Of a stretch of DNA of 32,000 bases, positions 16,782 to 25,501 are shown one piece after another. Position 1 is the first letter of the stretch. Every line of letters starts with the position of its first letter. Both the position numbers and the translations under genes were made by a program. A model generated the notes under the pieces. The model ran no database searches, was not told the DNA's origin, and worked only from the letters and a program-made list of their open reading frames with translations. Origin of the DNA: Candidatus Saccharimonas aalborgensis (lineage in GTDB: Bacteria > Patescibacteriota > Saccharimonadia > Saccharimonadales > Saccharimonadaceae). The DNA is taken from positions 840,001 to 872,000 of the forward strand of contig NC_021219.1 in assembly GCF_000392435.1 (NCBI RefSeq). Direction: 5' to 3'.

Positions 16782-18200
16782 CTAGAGGCGAAATGCTAGA
16801 CGATCAAGGGTTCTCTCTCTTCCCAGCAGCGAAAGCGTGTCGTTTAGTTGTGGGCTAAACGGTGCCCAGGTAGTGACGATTCTGACGAGACTAAACAGTA
16901 CCGCGGGTGATTGACCAGTTTGTTCGAGAAGCCGATTTAGGCATATCTGTAACGCACCTGCTTGCCAATCATCACAGGCTTCAAATGAAGTTTTGACTAG
17001 TTCCAACAGATTGTTTATCTCATCAGCCGATAATTTTTTGAGCTGTTTATTGTCTAAAATTAGTTGTGGCTGAGGGGCCGGATCTTCAAAGAAATAGTTG
17101 GTGAGCATCGGCAGATCTTTGAGCGTCTTGAGGCGGTCTTGGGCAAGAGCTAGGACGCTACGCTTGTAGTCCTCAGGGTGTTTTTTGGCCGACTCTGGCC
17201 AAAAATACTCCACGCGGTTGATAAGATCATCGAGCGGCAGTTCGCGAATAAATTGTCCATTCATCCAGAGTAATCGCTTCTCGTCAAAGCGCGCACCACT
17301 ACGTTGTACGCGGTCGAGACTGAATTTTGTGATCAACTCATCCATCGTGAATACTTCCTGCTCAGTACCATCATTCCACCCCATCGTCGCGATGAAACTG
17401 TCGAGTGTTTCGGGCAAATAGCCATCGCGAATATAATCAAGCACATCTTTGGCGCCATCGCGCTTTCCTAATTTTTTGTTGCCCTGCTCGTTGAGAATAT
17501 GAGGCATATGGGCAAATACCGGATGAGTCAAGCCGAGAGCATCGTAGAGTGCTAGGTAGTTCGGCATACTGCTGATAAACTCTTGGCCACGGATAACATG
17601 TGTCACTTGCATCTCGGCATCGTCGACAATATGCGAAAAGTTGTATGTTGGGTAGCCGTCTGATTTGATGAGAATAAAATCATCGACCACTTCGGAGTTG
17701 GTGGTGATATCCCCCATTACCTCGTCGTGATAGTGATAGGCTTTTGGTTCGGTCTTAAAGCGAAGCGGCTGTGTGCCATCCCAGGCGGGTGGATTGTCGG
17801 GACGATAGTGACGATACAAAAACGCCTGTTTGTGCGCCGTTGCCTGGTCTCGAAATGCTTGAATTTCGTCGGCAGTATAGGGGTCGGCATAGGCACGTCC
17901 GGCGTCGATTAGTTTTTGAGCCCACTGTCGGTATATCTCAAGTCTTTCTGATTGTTTGTAGGGCGCAAACGGACCGCCAATATCAGGTCCCTCGTCATAG
18001 TGGAGTCCAAGTGATTTTAGGCTGGCGATCAGATGTTCTGCGCTGCCCGGCACTTCTCGTTTCTTGTCGGTGTCTTCGAGGCGCAAAATAAATTGGCCGC
18101 CGGCTTGCCTTGCTACAAGAAACGCAAATAAGGCGGTGCGAATACCGCCGACATGCAGATAGCCGGTGGGGCTCGGTGCAAATCGAGTGCGAATAGTCAT
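16782..18200 (-). CDS. gltX: Glutamate--tRNA ligase (472 aa)
   Basis: RFAPSPTGYLHVGGIRTALFAFLVAR...FILRLEDTDKKR...GNKKLGKRDGAKDVLDY (KLGKR = KMSKS-type motif). Confidence 0.96.
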   Translation of the reverse strand: MTIRTRFAPSPTGYLHVGGIRTALFAFLVARQAGGQFILRLEDTDKKREVPGSAEHLIASLKSLGLHYDEGPDIGGPFAPYKQSERLEIYRQWAQKLIDAGRAYADPYTADEIQAFRDQATAHKQAFLYRHYRPDNPPAWDGTQPLRFKTEPKAYHYHDEVMGDITTNSEVVDDFILIKSDGYPTYNFSHIVDDAEMQVTHVIRGQEFISSMPNYLALYDALGLTHPVFAHMPHILNEQGNKKLGKRDGAKDVLDYIRDGYLPETLDSFIATMGWNDGTEQEVFTMDELITKFSLDRVQRSGARFDEKRLLWMNGQFIRELPLDDLINRVEYFWPESAKKHPEDYKRSVLALAQDRLKTLKDLPMLTNYFFEDPAPQPQLILDNKQLKKLSADEINNLLELVKTSFEACDDWQAGALQICLNRLLEQTGQSPAVLFSLVRIVTTWAPFSPQLNDTLSLLGRERTLDRLAFRL

Positions 18201-18251
18201 AGCAGGTAGTATAGCACGACAAGGGGCTAAGATGCAGGCTACCTGGCGAGC

Positions 18252-19223
18252 CTAAAGACTCGTTGCGACGTGCTCGATTTGATCGGCAGAGAGAGGTGCA
18301 TCGCCCGTAATGGTATAGAGGATGCCGCCGTTGACCCAGGCTGCCCCGGCATTGTAGGAATATATGGTTAGCCCTCCAGTAGTTGATATGGTGTAGTCGC
18401 TACCGGCTTTTTCGCGAACGTAATTTTCTAGGACGGCGGATGAATCCCAATCTGAACGAGACTGAGTGATGGTGTAGCTTTGTGGCCCGGCATTGGCGGC
18501 AAATTTCATGCTCACGGTCCCCTCTTGATAGGCAACAGGACCCGACAAGCTATAGCCAGAGGGTTGATAGCCAGGATAGGTGGCGTTGATACCGGCTTGC
18601 GCCGCCGCCACTCTTGTAGAGAGGCTGGGCATATTGAGGTACGTGACATAGGCGCCGAGGAGGAGTAAGGCCAGTGAACCAGACAACACACTAACAACCC
18701 GACGTGTACGACTCGACTGTTTGACGGGTTTGACTGGCTTTTTGGTGTGAGCAGGCTGCATGGCGGCAGTGGCGGCGGCGATCGCCTCTTGTTTGATAAC
18801 CTGAGATGGCTTAACTGTATATACTGGGAGTTTTTTGGCAGAGAGACGTGTTTCGGTGGCCGAAAGGAGCGGATGAGCAGTCGGAGCGATATCGTGCACT
18901 ACTACTGGGGCTTTCGGATGGTGCTGTGAGGCAAAGCGGGAGATGGTGTGCTGACTGTTGCCATCCTGGATGCGAACTTTTTTGGGTGTCGAGTTACTCT
19001 TAACGGTAGGAGATGCGATATAGCGGCGATTTAGTGTACGTGAATGTTGCGCAGGGGTGTGAACTGCACTGGCATGGTGCTGATGATGACTGGCGGGCAT
19101 CGTCTCGCGCAATCGAATACCAGTATGTTTGTCATACAAGACGCCATTGACTACTATCGTATCTTTACTCATTGTTTCTACCCTCACCGAAAGCTCACTA
19201 TTAGGATACTGCTCGTGGTTCAC
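18252..19223 (-). CDS. Hypothetical membrane-anchored protein with long basic cytosolic N-terminus (323 aa)
   Basis: Long ORF, one TM segment (VVSVLSGSLALLLLGAYVTYL) at about aa 200 and a small extracellular domain. Confidence 0.6.
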   Translation of the reverse strand: MNHEQYPNSELSVRVETMSKDTIVVNGVLYDKHTGIRLRETMPASHHQHHASAVHTPAQHSRTLNRRYIASPTVKSNSTPKKVRIQDGNSQHTISRFASQHHPKAPVVVHDIAPTAHPLLSATETRLSAKKLPVYTVKPSQVIKQEAIAAATAAMQPAHTKKPVKPVKQSSRTRRVVSVLSGSLALLLLGAYVTYLNMPSLSTRVAAAQAGINATYPGYQPSGYSLSGPVAYQEGTVSMKFAANAGPQSYTITQSRSDWDSSAVLENYVREKAGSDYTISTTGGLTIYSYNAGAAWVNGGILYTITGDAPLSADQIEHVATSL

Positions 19224-19280
19224 TCTTTATACTAATGAAACCTGCAGAAATATGCAATAAGCAGTATAATAAGGCTGTCT

Positions 19281-20735
19281 ATGTATCGAACACCCTCAAA
19301 ACGGAAACAGCGTGTACAGTTAACGTTTGTCTATAGTTTAATGACGCTAGCGGTGTTGGTTATCGTGGCTATCTTGGTGTTGGTAATGCAGGGGTATCGC
19401 TACAATGCCCACGACGGGCGTCTCGAGCAAGGGGGCCTTATCCAGTTTGCTAGTCGTCCTGAGGGAGCTTCGGTAACAGTTGATACCGCTAGCCTCGCAA
19501 ACAGAACACCGACGAAAATTACAGCTACCGCAGGTGTTCACACTGTTACACTACTCAAAGATGGGTACCGAAGTTGGCAAAAAAACGTCAAAGTGATTCC
19601 GGGTGGCATACTCTGGCTCAACTATGCCCTGCTCGTCCCCACCACCCCTGAGATAGTTCCTCTTGCGCAGTTTACTTCTATGACGGGAGCAATCACGTCG
19701 CACGATTTCAAATCGGTTCTTGTCAAAGATGCGGCGAACACGCCGACAGTGACACTATTTCATCCTGATGATGATACATTTACCCCAACGCGCATTACTC
19801 TTTCTGACCAGAGCTATACAAAAGCTGCAGCCGGGCTATCGGAACAATTTAGTTTGGTTTCATGGGATGACGATAACCGCTATGTTTTACTGAAACACAC
19901 TTACGGGAGCACTGAGGAATGGCTGGTGCTCGATACCAGCGGCGACCATGCGGTGACGAATGTCACTAAAGCACTCGGTATCACCATTCGCTCAGCAGCG
20001 TTTCGAATTGGCAACAATCGCCAACTGTATGTTATCACCCAGACTGGCGAAGTGCGGCGCGTGGATCTGGCTTCAATGACTATTTCTGGGCCGCTGCTTA
20101 CCGGTATCAGCGAGTTTTCTCAATACGATGCATCAACCCTGACTTATGTCACAGCACTCGATCAACCAACCAAAACCCGCTCTGTTGGCTATCTGACCGA
20201 TGGTGCACGCACACCGCTCACGGTCAAAACCTATACTGACGATGGTGTAGCACCCCTTTCGTTTGCAATCGCGCGCTACTATAACGTCACCTATACGGCA
20301 ATTGGGTATGGTGATTCAGTGGAAATCTCCTCAGGTAATTTGCCAGCAAGCGATAGCGGCAGCCCTCTTGTACTCAAGCCGGTTGCAACAATACCGCAAG
20401 TTGGCTCAGCGAAGCGCGTCGGGTTCTCGCCCAAGGATGCTCGATTTGTTTATGTCAGTACAGATCAGTCAGCTATCACCTATGATCTTGAGCTGCAGGC
20501 GCTCTCTCGGGTGACGTTCGCGGCTGCTCAGAGTAGACCAGTGGCGTGGCTCGATATGTTTCATTTTGCTGATACGAGCGGCGTACTGTATGAGTTTGAT
20601 GGCGCGAACCACCAAGTGGTTATTCCAGGTGCGTTGGCGGTATCACCGGCACTTTCACCCAATGGTAAATACTTTTACGGCTACGTGCCCTCTGCTTCAG
20701 GGGCGCAACTAGTTCGCGTGCAGCTTGCCCAGTAA
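19281..20735 (+). CDS. PEGA-domain membrane-anchored protein with beta-propeller-like C-terminus (484 aa)
   Basis: TM (FVYSLMTLAVLVIVAILVLVM), PEGA-like FASRPEGASVTVDTASLANRTPTKITATAGVHTVTLLKDGYRSWQKNVKVIPGG, followed by repeated propeller-like blades. Confidence 0.75.
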   Translation: MYRTPSKRKQRVQLTFVYSLMTLAVLVIVAILVLVMQGYRYNAHDGRLEQGGLIQFASRPEGASVTVDTASLANRTPTKITATAGVHTVTLLKDGYRSWQKNVKVIPGGILWLNYALLVPTTPEIVPLAQFTSMTGAITSHDFKSVLVKDAANTPTVTLFHPDDDTFTPTRITLSDQSYTKAAAGLSEQFSLVSWDDDNRYVLLKHTYGSTEEWLVLDTSGDHAVTNVTKALGITIRSAAFRIGNNRQLYVITQTGEVRRVDLASMTISGPLLTGISEFSQYDASTLTYVTALDQPTKTRSVGYLTDGARTPLTVKTYTDDGVAPLSFAIARYYNVTYTAIGYGDSVEISSGNLPASDSGSPLVLKPVATIPQVGSAKRVGFSPKDARFVYVSTDQSAITYDLELQALSRVTFAAAQSRPVAWLDMFHFADTSGVLYEFDGANHQVVIPGALAVSPALSPNGKYFYGYVPSASGAQLVRVQLAQ

Positions 20736-20737
20736 AC

Positions 20738-21925
20738 CTAGCGGGCACCAAATAATCGTTCGAGAAATGTCGGCGAATTGCTTGGCATAGAGCCGGTCGT
20801 GTTGCCGCCACCGGTTGGTTTGGCGGTAGCTGCTTTTGGATCAGGGCTGATTTGATCGGCAAACACGAGGAGTCGGTTGTTGGCAGTCCCAAGTGGCACG
20901 CAGGTGATGAGGGTGATGATCGGTTTATCAACAGGAAAGGTTAATGCGGAAACATCATTTGGTTTGACTACCTTTGTGCTGGTGATGAGATAGGTATAGC
21001 GCTTACCCTCGTAGTTTATATAGATTGTGTCGCCCTCTCGAAGTTGTTCAAGCCGAGCAAAGATAAACTTGTAATTTCCCTGATCGAGCCAGTCATTGCT
21101 ACTATGACCAGAAAAAACAGCGTTTCCTATCTGGCCCGGTCGGCTGCTGGCACCAGGAATATTGAACCATGCAACACCTTTAGTCATAGCAACGTTGAGT
21201 GAGTTTTGATCACTAGCCACCGCATCCCAGATGATGGGCACCTGGACATTGATTTTTGGCACGATAAGCAGCGGATCGGGCCCGATAGTTGCGTTTTGGC
21301 TCGGATCAACGATAATACTCTGAACGTCAAGGTTTCCTGGACTCACGTACGCTTCAATGTTTGCAAGGAGAACACGGTTGTATTGGAGAAACAAAAACAC
21401 CAACATCACAAATACAGCCGACAACACTGGTACAAAATGGCGACTCTTTCGGACTTGTTTTGCACGAGTGTTGATAGCCTGACGCACGCGACTCCTGAGA
21501 TCATAGATTGCCTCGTCTGTTGTCATTTCTTCTGGCGTCTCATCTGGCTGAGCGGTCTTCGCCTCTGCAGCCAATTGCTGCTTTGTTTGATGTACCTGAC
21601 TCAGATAGTAGCGGGCGTAATACTGTTGGTAATAACTTTGCCAGGCGGTGTGATATTGTTGCCAGATCGAGGGTTCGATATGATGCTGAGTTTCATCGTG
21701 AGTTCGCGCGTAGGGGCTGGGCGCTTCGTCCTGCTGCAATGACAGGGGTGAAATGACCGGCGTTGTCTGTGGAGCTTGTGAAGGAGTGGCGTAAATCGTG
21801 TCAATTTGGTCTCGAATGAGTGATGCGGCCTCCTGAGTACCTTCGCCACGGACATCATGCGTACTCACCGTCTGTCGCGGAGGTATAGCAAGGGCTGGTT
21901 TTGGGCGGGTATCATCTGGGCGCAT
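20738..21925 (-). CDS. Sortase family protein (class D/E-like) with a long cytosolic N-terminus
   Basis: IPKINVQVPIIWD...GNAVFSGHSSNDW...YINYEGKRYTYLITSTKVVKP...ITLITCVPLGTANNRLLVFAD (catalytic H, C, R). The supplied ORF extends to 22129 but overlaps tRNA-Leu; the internal ATG at 21925 (MRPDDTRPKP) is preferred. Confidence 0.9.
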   Translation of the reverse strand: MRPDDTRPKPALAIPPRQTVSTHDVRGEGTQEAASLIRDQIDTIYATPSQAPQTTPVISPLSLQQDEAPSPYARTHDETQHHIEPSIWQQYHTAWQSYYQQYYARYYLSQVHQTKQQLAAEAKTAQPDETPEEMTTDEAIYDLRSRVRQAINTRAKQVRKSRHFVPVLSAVFVMLVFLFLQYNRVLLANIEAYVSPGNLDVQSIIVDPSQNATIGPDPLLIVPKINVQVPIIWDAVASDQNSLNVAMTKGVAWFNIPGASSRPGQIGNAVFSGHSSNDWLDQGNYKFIFARLEQLREGDTIYINYEGKRYTYLITSTKVVKPNDVSALTFPVDKPIITLITCVPLGTANNRLLVFADQISPDPKAATAKPTGGGNTTGSMPSNSPTFLERLFGAR

Positions 21926-22023
21926 ACTAGTAACTGTCTGCGATATAGTATACAATAACGGATGTGTAATGCCTACATGGTGCTTATGGCAACAAGAGTA
22001 GCGACAATAAAGAATGTGCCGAT

Positions 22024-22110
22024 GGGCTGGTGGCGGAATTGGTAGACGCGCTAGACTCAAAATCTGGTTCATGTACGTGAGTGGGGGTTCAAGTCCCCCC
22101 CGGCCCACCA
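22024..22110 (+). tRNA. tRNA-Leu(CAA) with encoded CCA
   Basis: GGGCTGG...CCGGCCC acceptor, anticodon loop CTCAAAA, T-arm GGGGGTTCAAGTCCCCC, long variable arm, CCA at 22108-22110. Confidence 0.95.
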
Positions 22111-22145
22111 GCAGATTGTTTATTGTCACTCCTAATAAAACGAAA

Positions 22146-22193
22146 ACCCGCCCTCGAGGAACGGTCCGAGGCGGATTTGCCTCGAGGACGGGT
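22146..22193 (-). terminator. GC-rich terminator hairpin for the 22216-22515 gene
   Basis: acccgccctcgagg (22146-22159) versus cctcgaggacgggt (22180-22193), a 14-bp stem with one wobble, followed on the minus strand by a T-rich tract (ttttcgtttta). Confidence 0.85.
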
Positions 22194-22215
22194 CTCGTAG
22201 AGCGGGGGTGAGCAG

Positions 22216-22515
22216 CTACCGGCTGCTCGGCGGTGGACTCAGCGTGGGATCGATGTAGGGGCGCAGCCGCGTCATCAGGTCCTGCGCCAATCTCACGCGG
22301 TCATCCTGACGATTGCGCTGACCCCTTGCGATGTGTCCGAGCTGAACGAAGACAGTGTCCCAGTCTTCGGCACCCAGCGCCTCAAGCAGCGTCTCGCTAC
22401 TGCGGCGCATAGTGCGGAACCTCGATGTCTTGCATTGGCCGGCGAGTCGCCGGATGTCGGCTCGGAGGCGCCTGTCGTTGACCTCCACACGACGAATAAC
22501 TCCTGCTGGTTTCAC
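22216..22515 (-). CDS. Small GC-rich hypothetical protein (about 99 aa)
   Basis: GTG start at 22515 with an aaaaggag RBS; upstream promoter TTGTAG-17-TATAAA; downstream terminator. The supplied ORF (to 22626) reads through the promoter. Confidence 0.7.
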   Translation of the reverse strand: MKPAGVIRRVEVNDRRLRADIRRLAGQCKTSRFRTMRRSSETLLEALGAEDWDTVFVQLGHIARGQRNRQDDRVRLAQDLMTRLRPYIDPTLSPPPSSR

Positions 22516-22713
22516 GAGTCTACTCCTTTTCTGTCGGGGGTGTAGACTAATATTTTTATAACACATAAATAGAAATACTACAACCCTTGACTTATCTAAA
22601 TCCCAACCCCTCCCCACTCCACACAACCGGCCCGCCGCTAACTAAATCAGCCTTCGCTCTTGGCGGGCCTTGGCCCATCAGGGCCAACTGTCTGTCGGAG
22701 GAGGGGGTGAGAT

Positions 22714-23511
22714 TCAGGTTTGATCTGTAATCAGGCTTGCCGTGAGGGCTTCGAGCGGATGAGAGGGGTTCCATGCCCAGTAGGCTGCGGCGCAGGTCGC
22801 CGTCGTGCCGCGCCAGATAGCGAGCGGGTTTTCCCATGCGGTCGTTGTCACGTTGCCATCATGGGCAACGACAACTGTCTCGCGGTGGAGCACCACCAGC
22901 GTTACCGGGTATGTGATAGTAAACTTATGCACTGCTTCCACGAGCTGCATCAGCTGCATACTGAATGTCAACATCTTTGGATAGTAGACGGCTTGAAAGA
23001 GTTTTTGGAGTTGAGCAAAGGATAGCACCAGTGCCGTGGAGGGACGATTGACAAGAGCGGCGGTGTCGTTTTTGATCAGGTCGATAGCATCTCTGGTGAT
23101 GACCAGTGGTCCACTATAGGTGCGAAGCATATCGGAGTACACGATAGCGGTTTCACTGTTTCGTCCGGCATCACCGACGAGAAGTAGCATCGTTGACCAG
23201 TGAGCAAGTGCTTGCATGTCGGGTAGCGCTTCACGGGAGAGGCTGCCGCTTGGGTTGCTGGGGCTCAAGACAACCTCTGTCATAGACGGTGGGATGGTTT
23301 TTCTCAGAGCATCAGGCAAGAGCACGCGTACTTCCCCTACCCCGCTATCGTGTGCAGTAGAGTATGCTTCGGCAACCGCCGCAAAGCCGAGTTTGTTGCC
23401 GCCAATAATTCCGAGTCGCCCTGCGAGCGCACGTTGCTCTGGTTTACTCCACTCGATATCGGGAAAGAGTGGTTTAGAGGCGGTCTGCTGTTGCCAATAC
23501 GTAGGGGTCAC
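22714..23511 (-). CDS. Putative ribokinase-like-fold protein, related to NAD(P)H-hydrate dehydratase/carbohydrate kinase (265 aa)
   Basis: LGIIGGNKLGFAAVAEAY..., LLLVGDAGRNSETAIVYSDML, GPLVITRDAIDLI, VVLHRETVVVAHDGNV; overlaps the preceding HAD gene by 38 nt. Confidence 0.45.
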   Translation of the reverse strand: MTPTYWQQQTASKPLFPDIEWSKPEQRALAGRLGIIGGNKLGFAAVAEAYSTAHDSGVGEVRVLLPDALRKTIPPSMTEVVLSPSNPSGSLSREALPDMQALAHWSTMLLLVGDAGRNSETAIVYSDMLRTYSGPLVITRDAIDLIKNDTAALVNRPSTALVLSFAQLQKLFQAVYYPKMLTFSMQLMQLVEAVHKFTITYPVTLVVLHRETVVVAHDGNVTTTAWENPLAIWRGTTATCAAAYWAWNPSHPLEALTASLITDQT

Positions 23512-24211
23512 CGGCTGCTCCTGTCAGAGTATAGGCAATATTTTTGCGTTCGATCACTACTTTCCACCCCCGTTGTCGTGCGGTATGCAGTAGTTCCACG
23601 GTGGGGTTAAACGCTATGGGGTATGTCACGAGTTCAAGCATGCCGATGTCGCTATCGGAGTCGCCTACGGCAACGCTCTCTGTCAGCGTGAGATCATGCT
23701 CTTTGACATAGTCGCTGATGATAGTTCGCTTGCTGCCGGGAACATAGCGTTCGATCTTGCCGGTGAAGCTATCGCCAGAGCGCTCATAGACGGATCCGAT
23801 ACAATCATCGAACCCATAGCGTGCAGCAAATGGCGCGACAACTTCCTGCTGGGAACCGCTCAGTGCCAGGATATAGTAGCCGTCCTTGCGGAGTTTTTTG
23901 ATGAGCTTGTGAGTATAGACATATATCTTGTGACCACTCTCGGCAACAACTTGATGAGCGGCTTCATCGAAGGCGTGACTGGGAATCGAGGTGAGATTAC
24001 CAACGAGGGTATCGACGACAAATTGTTCGTAGCTCGCGAAGCTGGCCTTACGTGATACCCATTGATTGAAGGATTTGTCGAGCTGTTTAGCTATTTCCTC
24101 ACCGAAATAGCCCTGTTCCTTTAGTTTAAAGACAAGCTCATGATAGAGCTGCCATCGAAACAGCGTCCCGTCGATATCGATGATCGCGAGTGGCTGCTTT
24201 TTACTACTCAT
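23474..24211 (-). CDS. HAD-superfamily hydrolase, subfamily IB-like (245 aa)
   Basis: IIDIDGTLFRW, YILALSGSQQEVVAPFAARYG, ESVAVGDSDSDIGMLELVTYPIAFNP. Confidence 0.88.
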   Translation of the reverse strand: MSSKKQPLAIIDIDGTLFRWQLYHELVFKLKEQGYFGEEIAKQLDKSFNQWVSRKASFASYEQFVVDTLVGNLTSIPSHAFDEAAHQVVAESGHKIYVYTHKLIKKLRKDGYYILALSGSQQEVVAPFAARYGFDDCIGSVYERSGDSFTGKIERYVPGSKRTIISDYVKEHDLTLTESVAVGDSDSDIGMLELVTYPIAFNPTVELLHTARQRGWKVVIERKNIAYTLTGAAGDPYVLATADRL

Positions 24212-24702
24212 AGAGCCTCCTTTGTCATTACGTCATGGCGTGTTAACTCATACGCATCATCAAACACAAATGTAGCATCGACGATCTTGCCGGCTAGGAC
24301 GTGCGGAAGCCAGTGTTGGTCATCTTGCCACATATTCTCATAGGGAATAGTGTCAATATTGAACCATTTTGGTTTCATTTCCTCGCTTTCGTGTGGATCG
24401 CCTTCCCACTCACGACAGGTATAGACGTGCACATCGATATTTGAATACATGTCGACAGGGGGTTCCTGATAAAAACGCAAGATACCAGCAGGCGTAATAG
24501 CCCTGGCGGTGACCCCCACTTCCTCTTGACACTCACGAACTGCCGCCTGCTCGGGAGTTTCGCCTGGCTCACACTTCCCGCCGGTGCCATTCCATTTTCC
24601 ACTGCCATGGCCGATTTTTTTCATCGCCAAGAGAATCTGGTTGTCTCGCAGTAGAAAGAGCAGTGTTAGTTGGGGGCGTTTCGCGGCAGTGTCAGTAGTC
24701 AT
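24208..24702 (-). CDS. NUDIX hydrolase (164 aa)
   Basis: Nudix box GGKCEPGETPEQAAVRECQEEVGV. Confidence 0.93.
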   Translation of the reverse strand: MTTDTAAKRPQLTLLFLLRDNQILLAMKKIGHGSGKWNGTGGKCEPGETPEQAAVRECQEEVGVTARAITPAGILRFYQEPPVDMYSNIDVHVYTCREWEGDPHESEEMKPKWFNIDTIPYENMWQDDQHWLPHVLAGKIVDATFVFDDAYELTRHDVMTKEAL

Positions 24703-24712
24703 TGGACCCTCC

Positions 24713-25432
24713 TTACCACCTCAAGGCATTTATCTTTGAGAGGAGCTGTTCGGCCGTTTGTTCATCGCGAAGCACAAATCGCTGCTCAACCACTGTCTTG
24801 ATGGCAGAAGCAGCGTAATCAGGGTTATCTGGTTGATTACAGATGATAGAAGCGTCGGTGTTGGCGAGCAGCCAATCAAGAGATTGGGCGCCCTCTGCGA
24901 GCCGCTTGGCACGGTCTTCTGCGCTCTCAAAGTGACGCCGGTTAAACCACGACTCCCATGCGTCTGGAGGGGCAACGAGGCCGATAAGGCGTACGTCACG
25001 AAACGGTAGACGACGATACATGTCGGTCGAGTTGCTGAGCATTGGGAGGAGATTGAACTCACCAGGATAAGAGGTGTCGAGCGTTCCATAGAGCTCACCC
25101 GTTGTCGGATGAATGACGTAGCTTACGGCGCGTCCCTCTTCGATGAGTGTTACTAGTTCACCTATGCCCTCATCGGTTTTGGCAAACAACTGCATCGTAT
25201 CTGGCGTGTCGTCGGGGCGTGGCTCGCGGGTAGAGATACTGCGAACAGAGCGAAATCGGCTATCATTGTCGGTCAAGTGGTCAATCACGTAATTTTTTCC
25301 GACAGAACACGGGCCAATGATGCCAATAAGCGATTTTGTCCCAAGCTCTGCGCTGACGCGGCTGTTTGGACGATACTCGGGTTGAGATGCTTTTGCTCGT
25401 TCGAAGCGCTGGGTGATACTGGCAGATAACAT
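24713..25432 (-). CDS. Guanylate-kinase-like P-loop protein (239 aa)
   Basis: IGIIGPCSVGKNYVIDHLTDNDSRFRSVRSISTREPRPDDT resembles the Gmk N-terminus (GPSGVGKST...S.TTR.PR.GE). Confidence 0.65.
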   Translation of the reverse strand: MLSASITQRFERAKASQPEYRPNSRVSAELGTKSLIGIIGPCSVGKNYVIDHLTDNDSRFRSVRSISTREPRPDDTPDTMQLFAKTDEGIGELVTLIEEGRAVSYVIHPTTGELYGTLDTSYPGEFNLLPMLSNSTDMYRRLPFRDVRLIGLVAPPDAWESWFNRRHFESAEDRAKRLAEGAQSLDWLLANTDASIICNQPDNPDYAASAIKTVVEQRFVLRDEQTAEQLLSKINALRW

Positions 25433-25501
25433 CTGTTAACACTCTCCTACGGTTAGTCTATTTTTAGTATACAGTAAATCTCTCTCTGGTACACTGAGAC
25501 T

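Noticed and set aside
13584-18200. tRNA-Glu lying near gltX as a functional regulatory pair
   Set aside because: They are about 3 kb apart with three unrelated genes between, so chance proximity is sufficient.
21928-22129. N-terminal extension of the sortase ORF
   Set aside because: It runs antisense through tRNA-Leu (22024-22110); the internal ATG at 21925 is more plausible.
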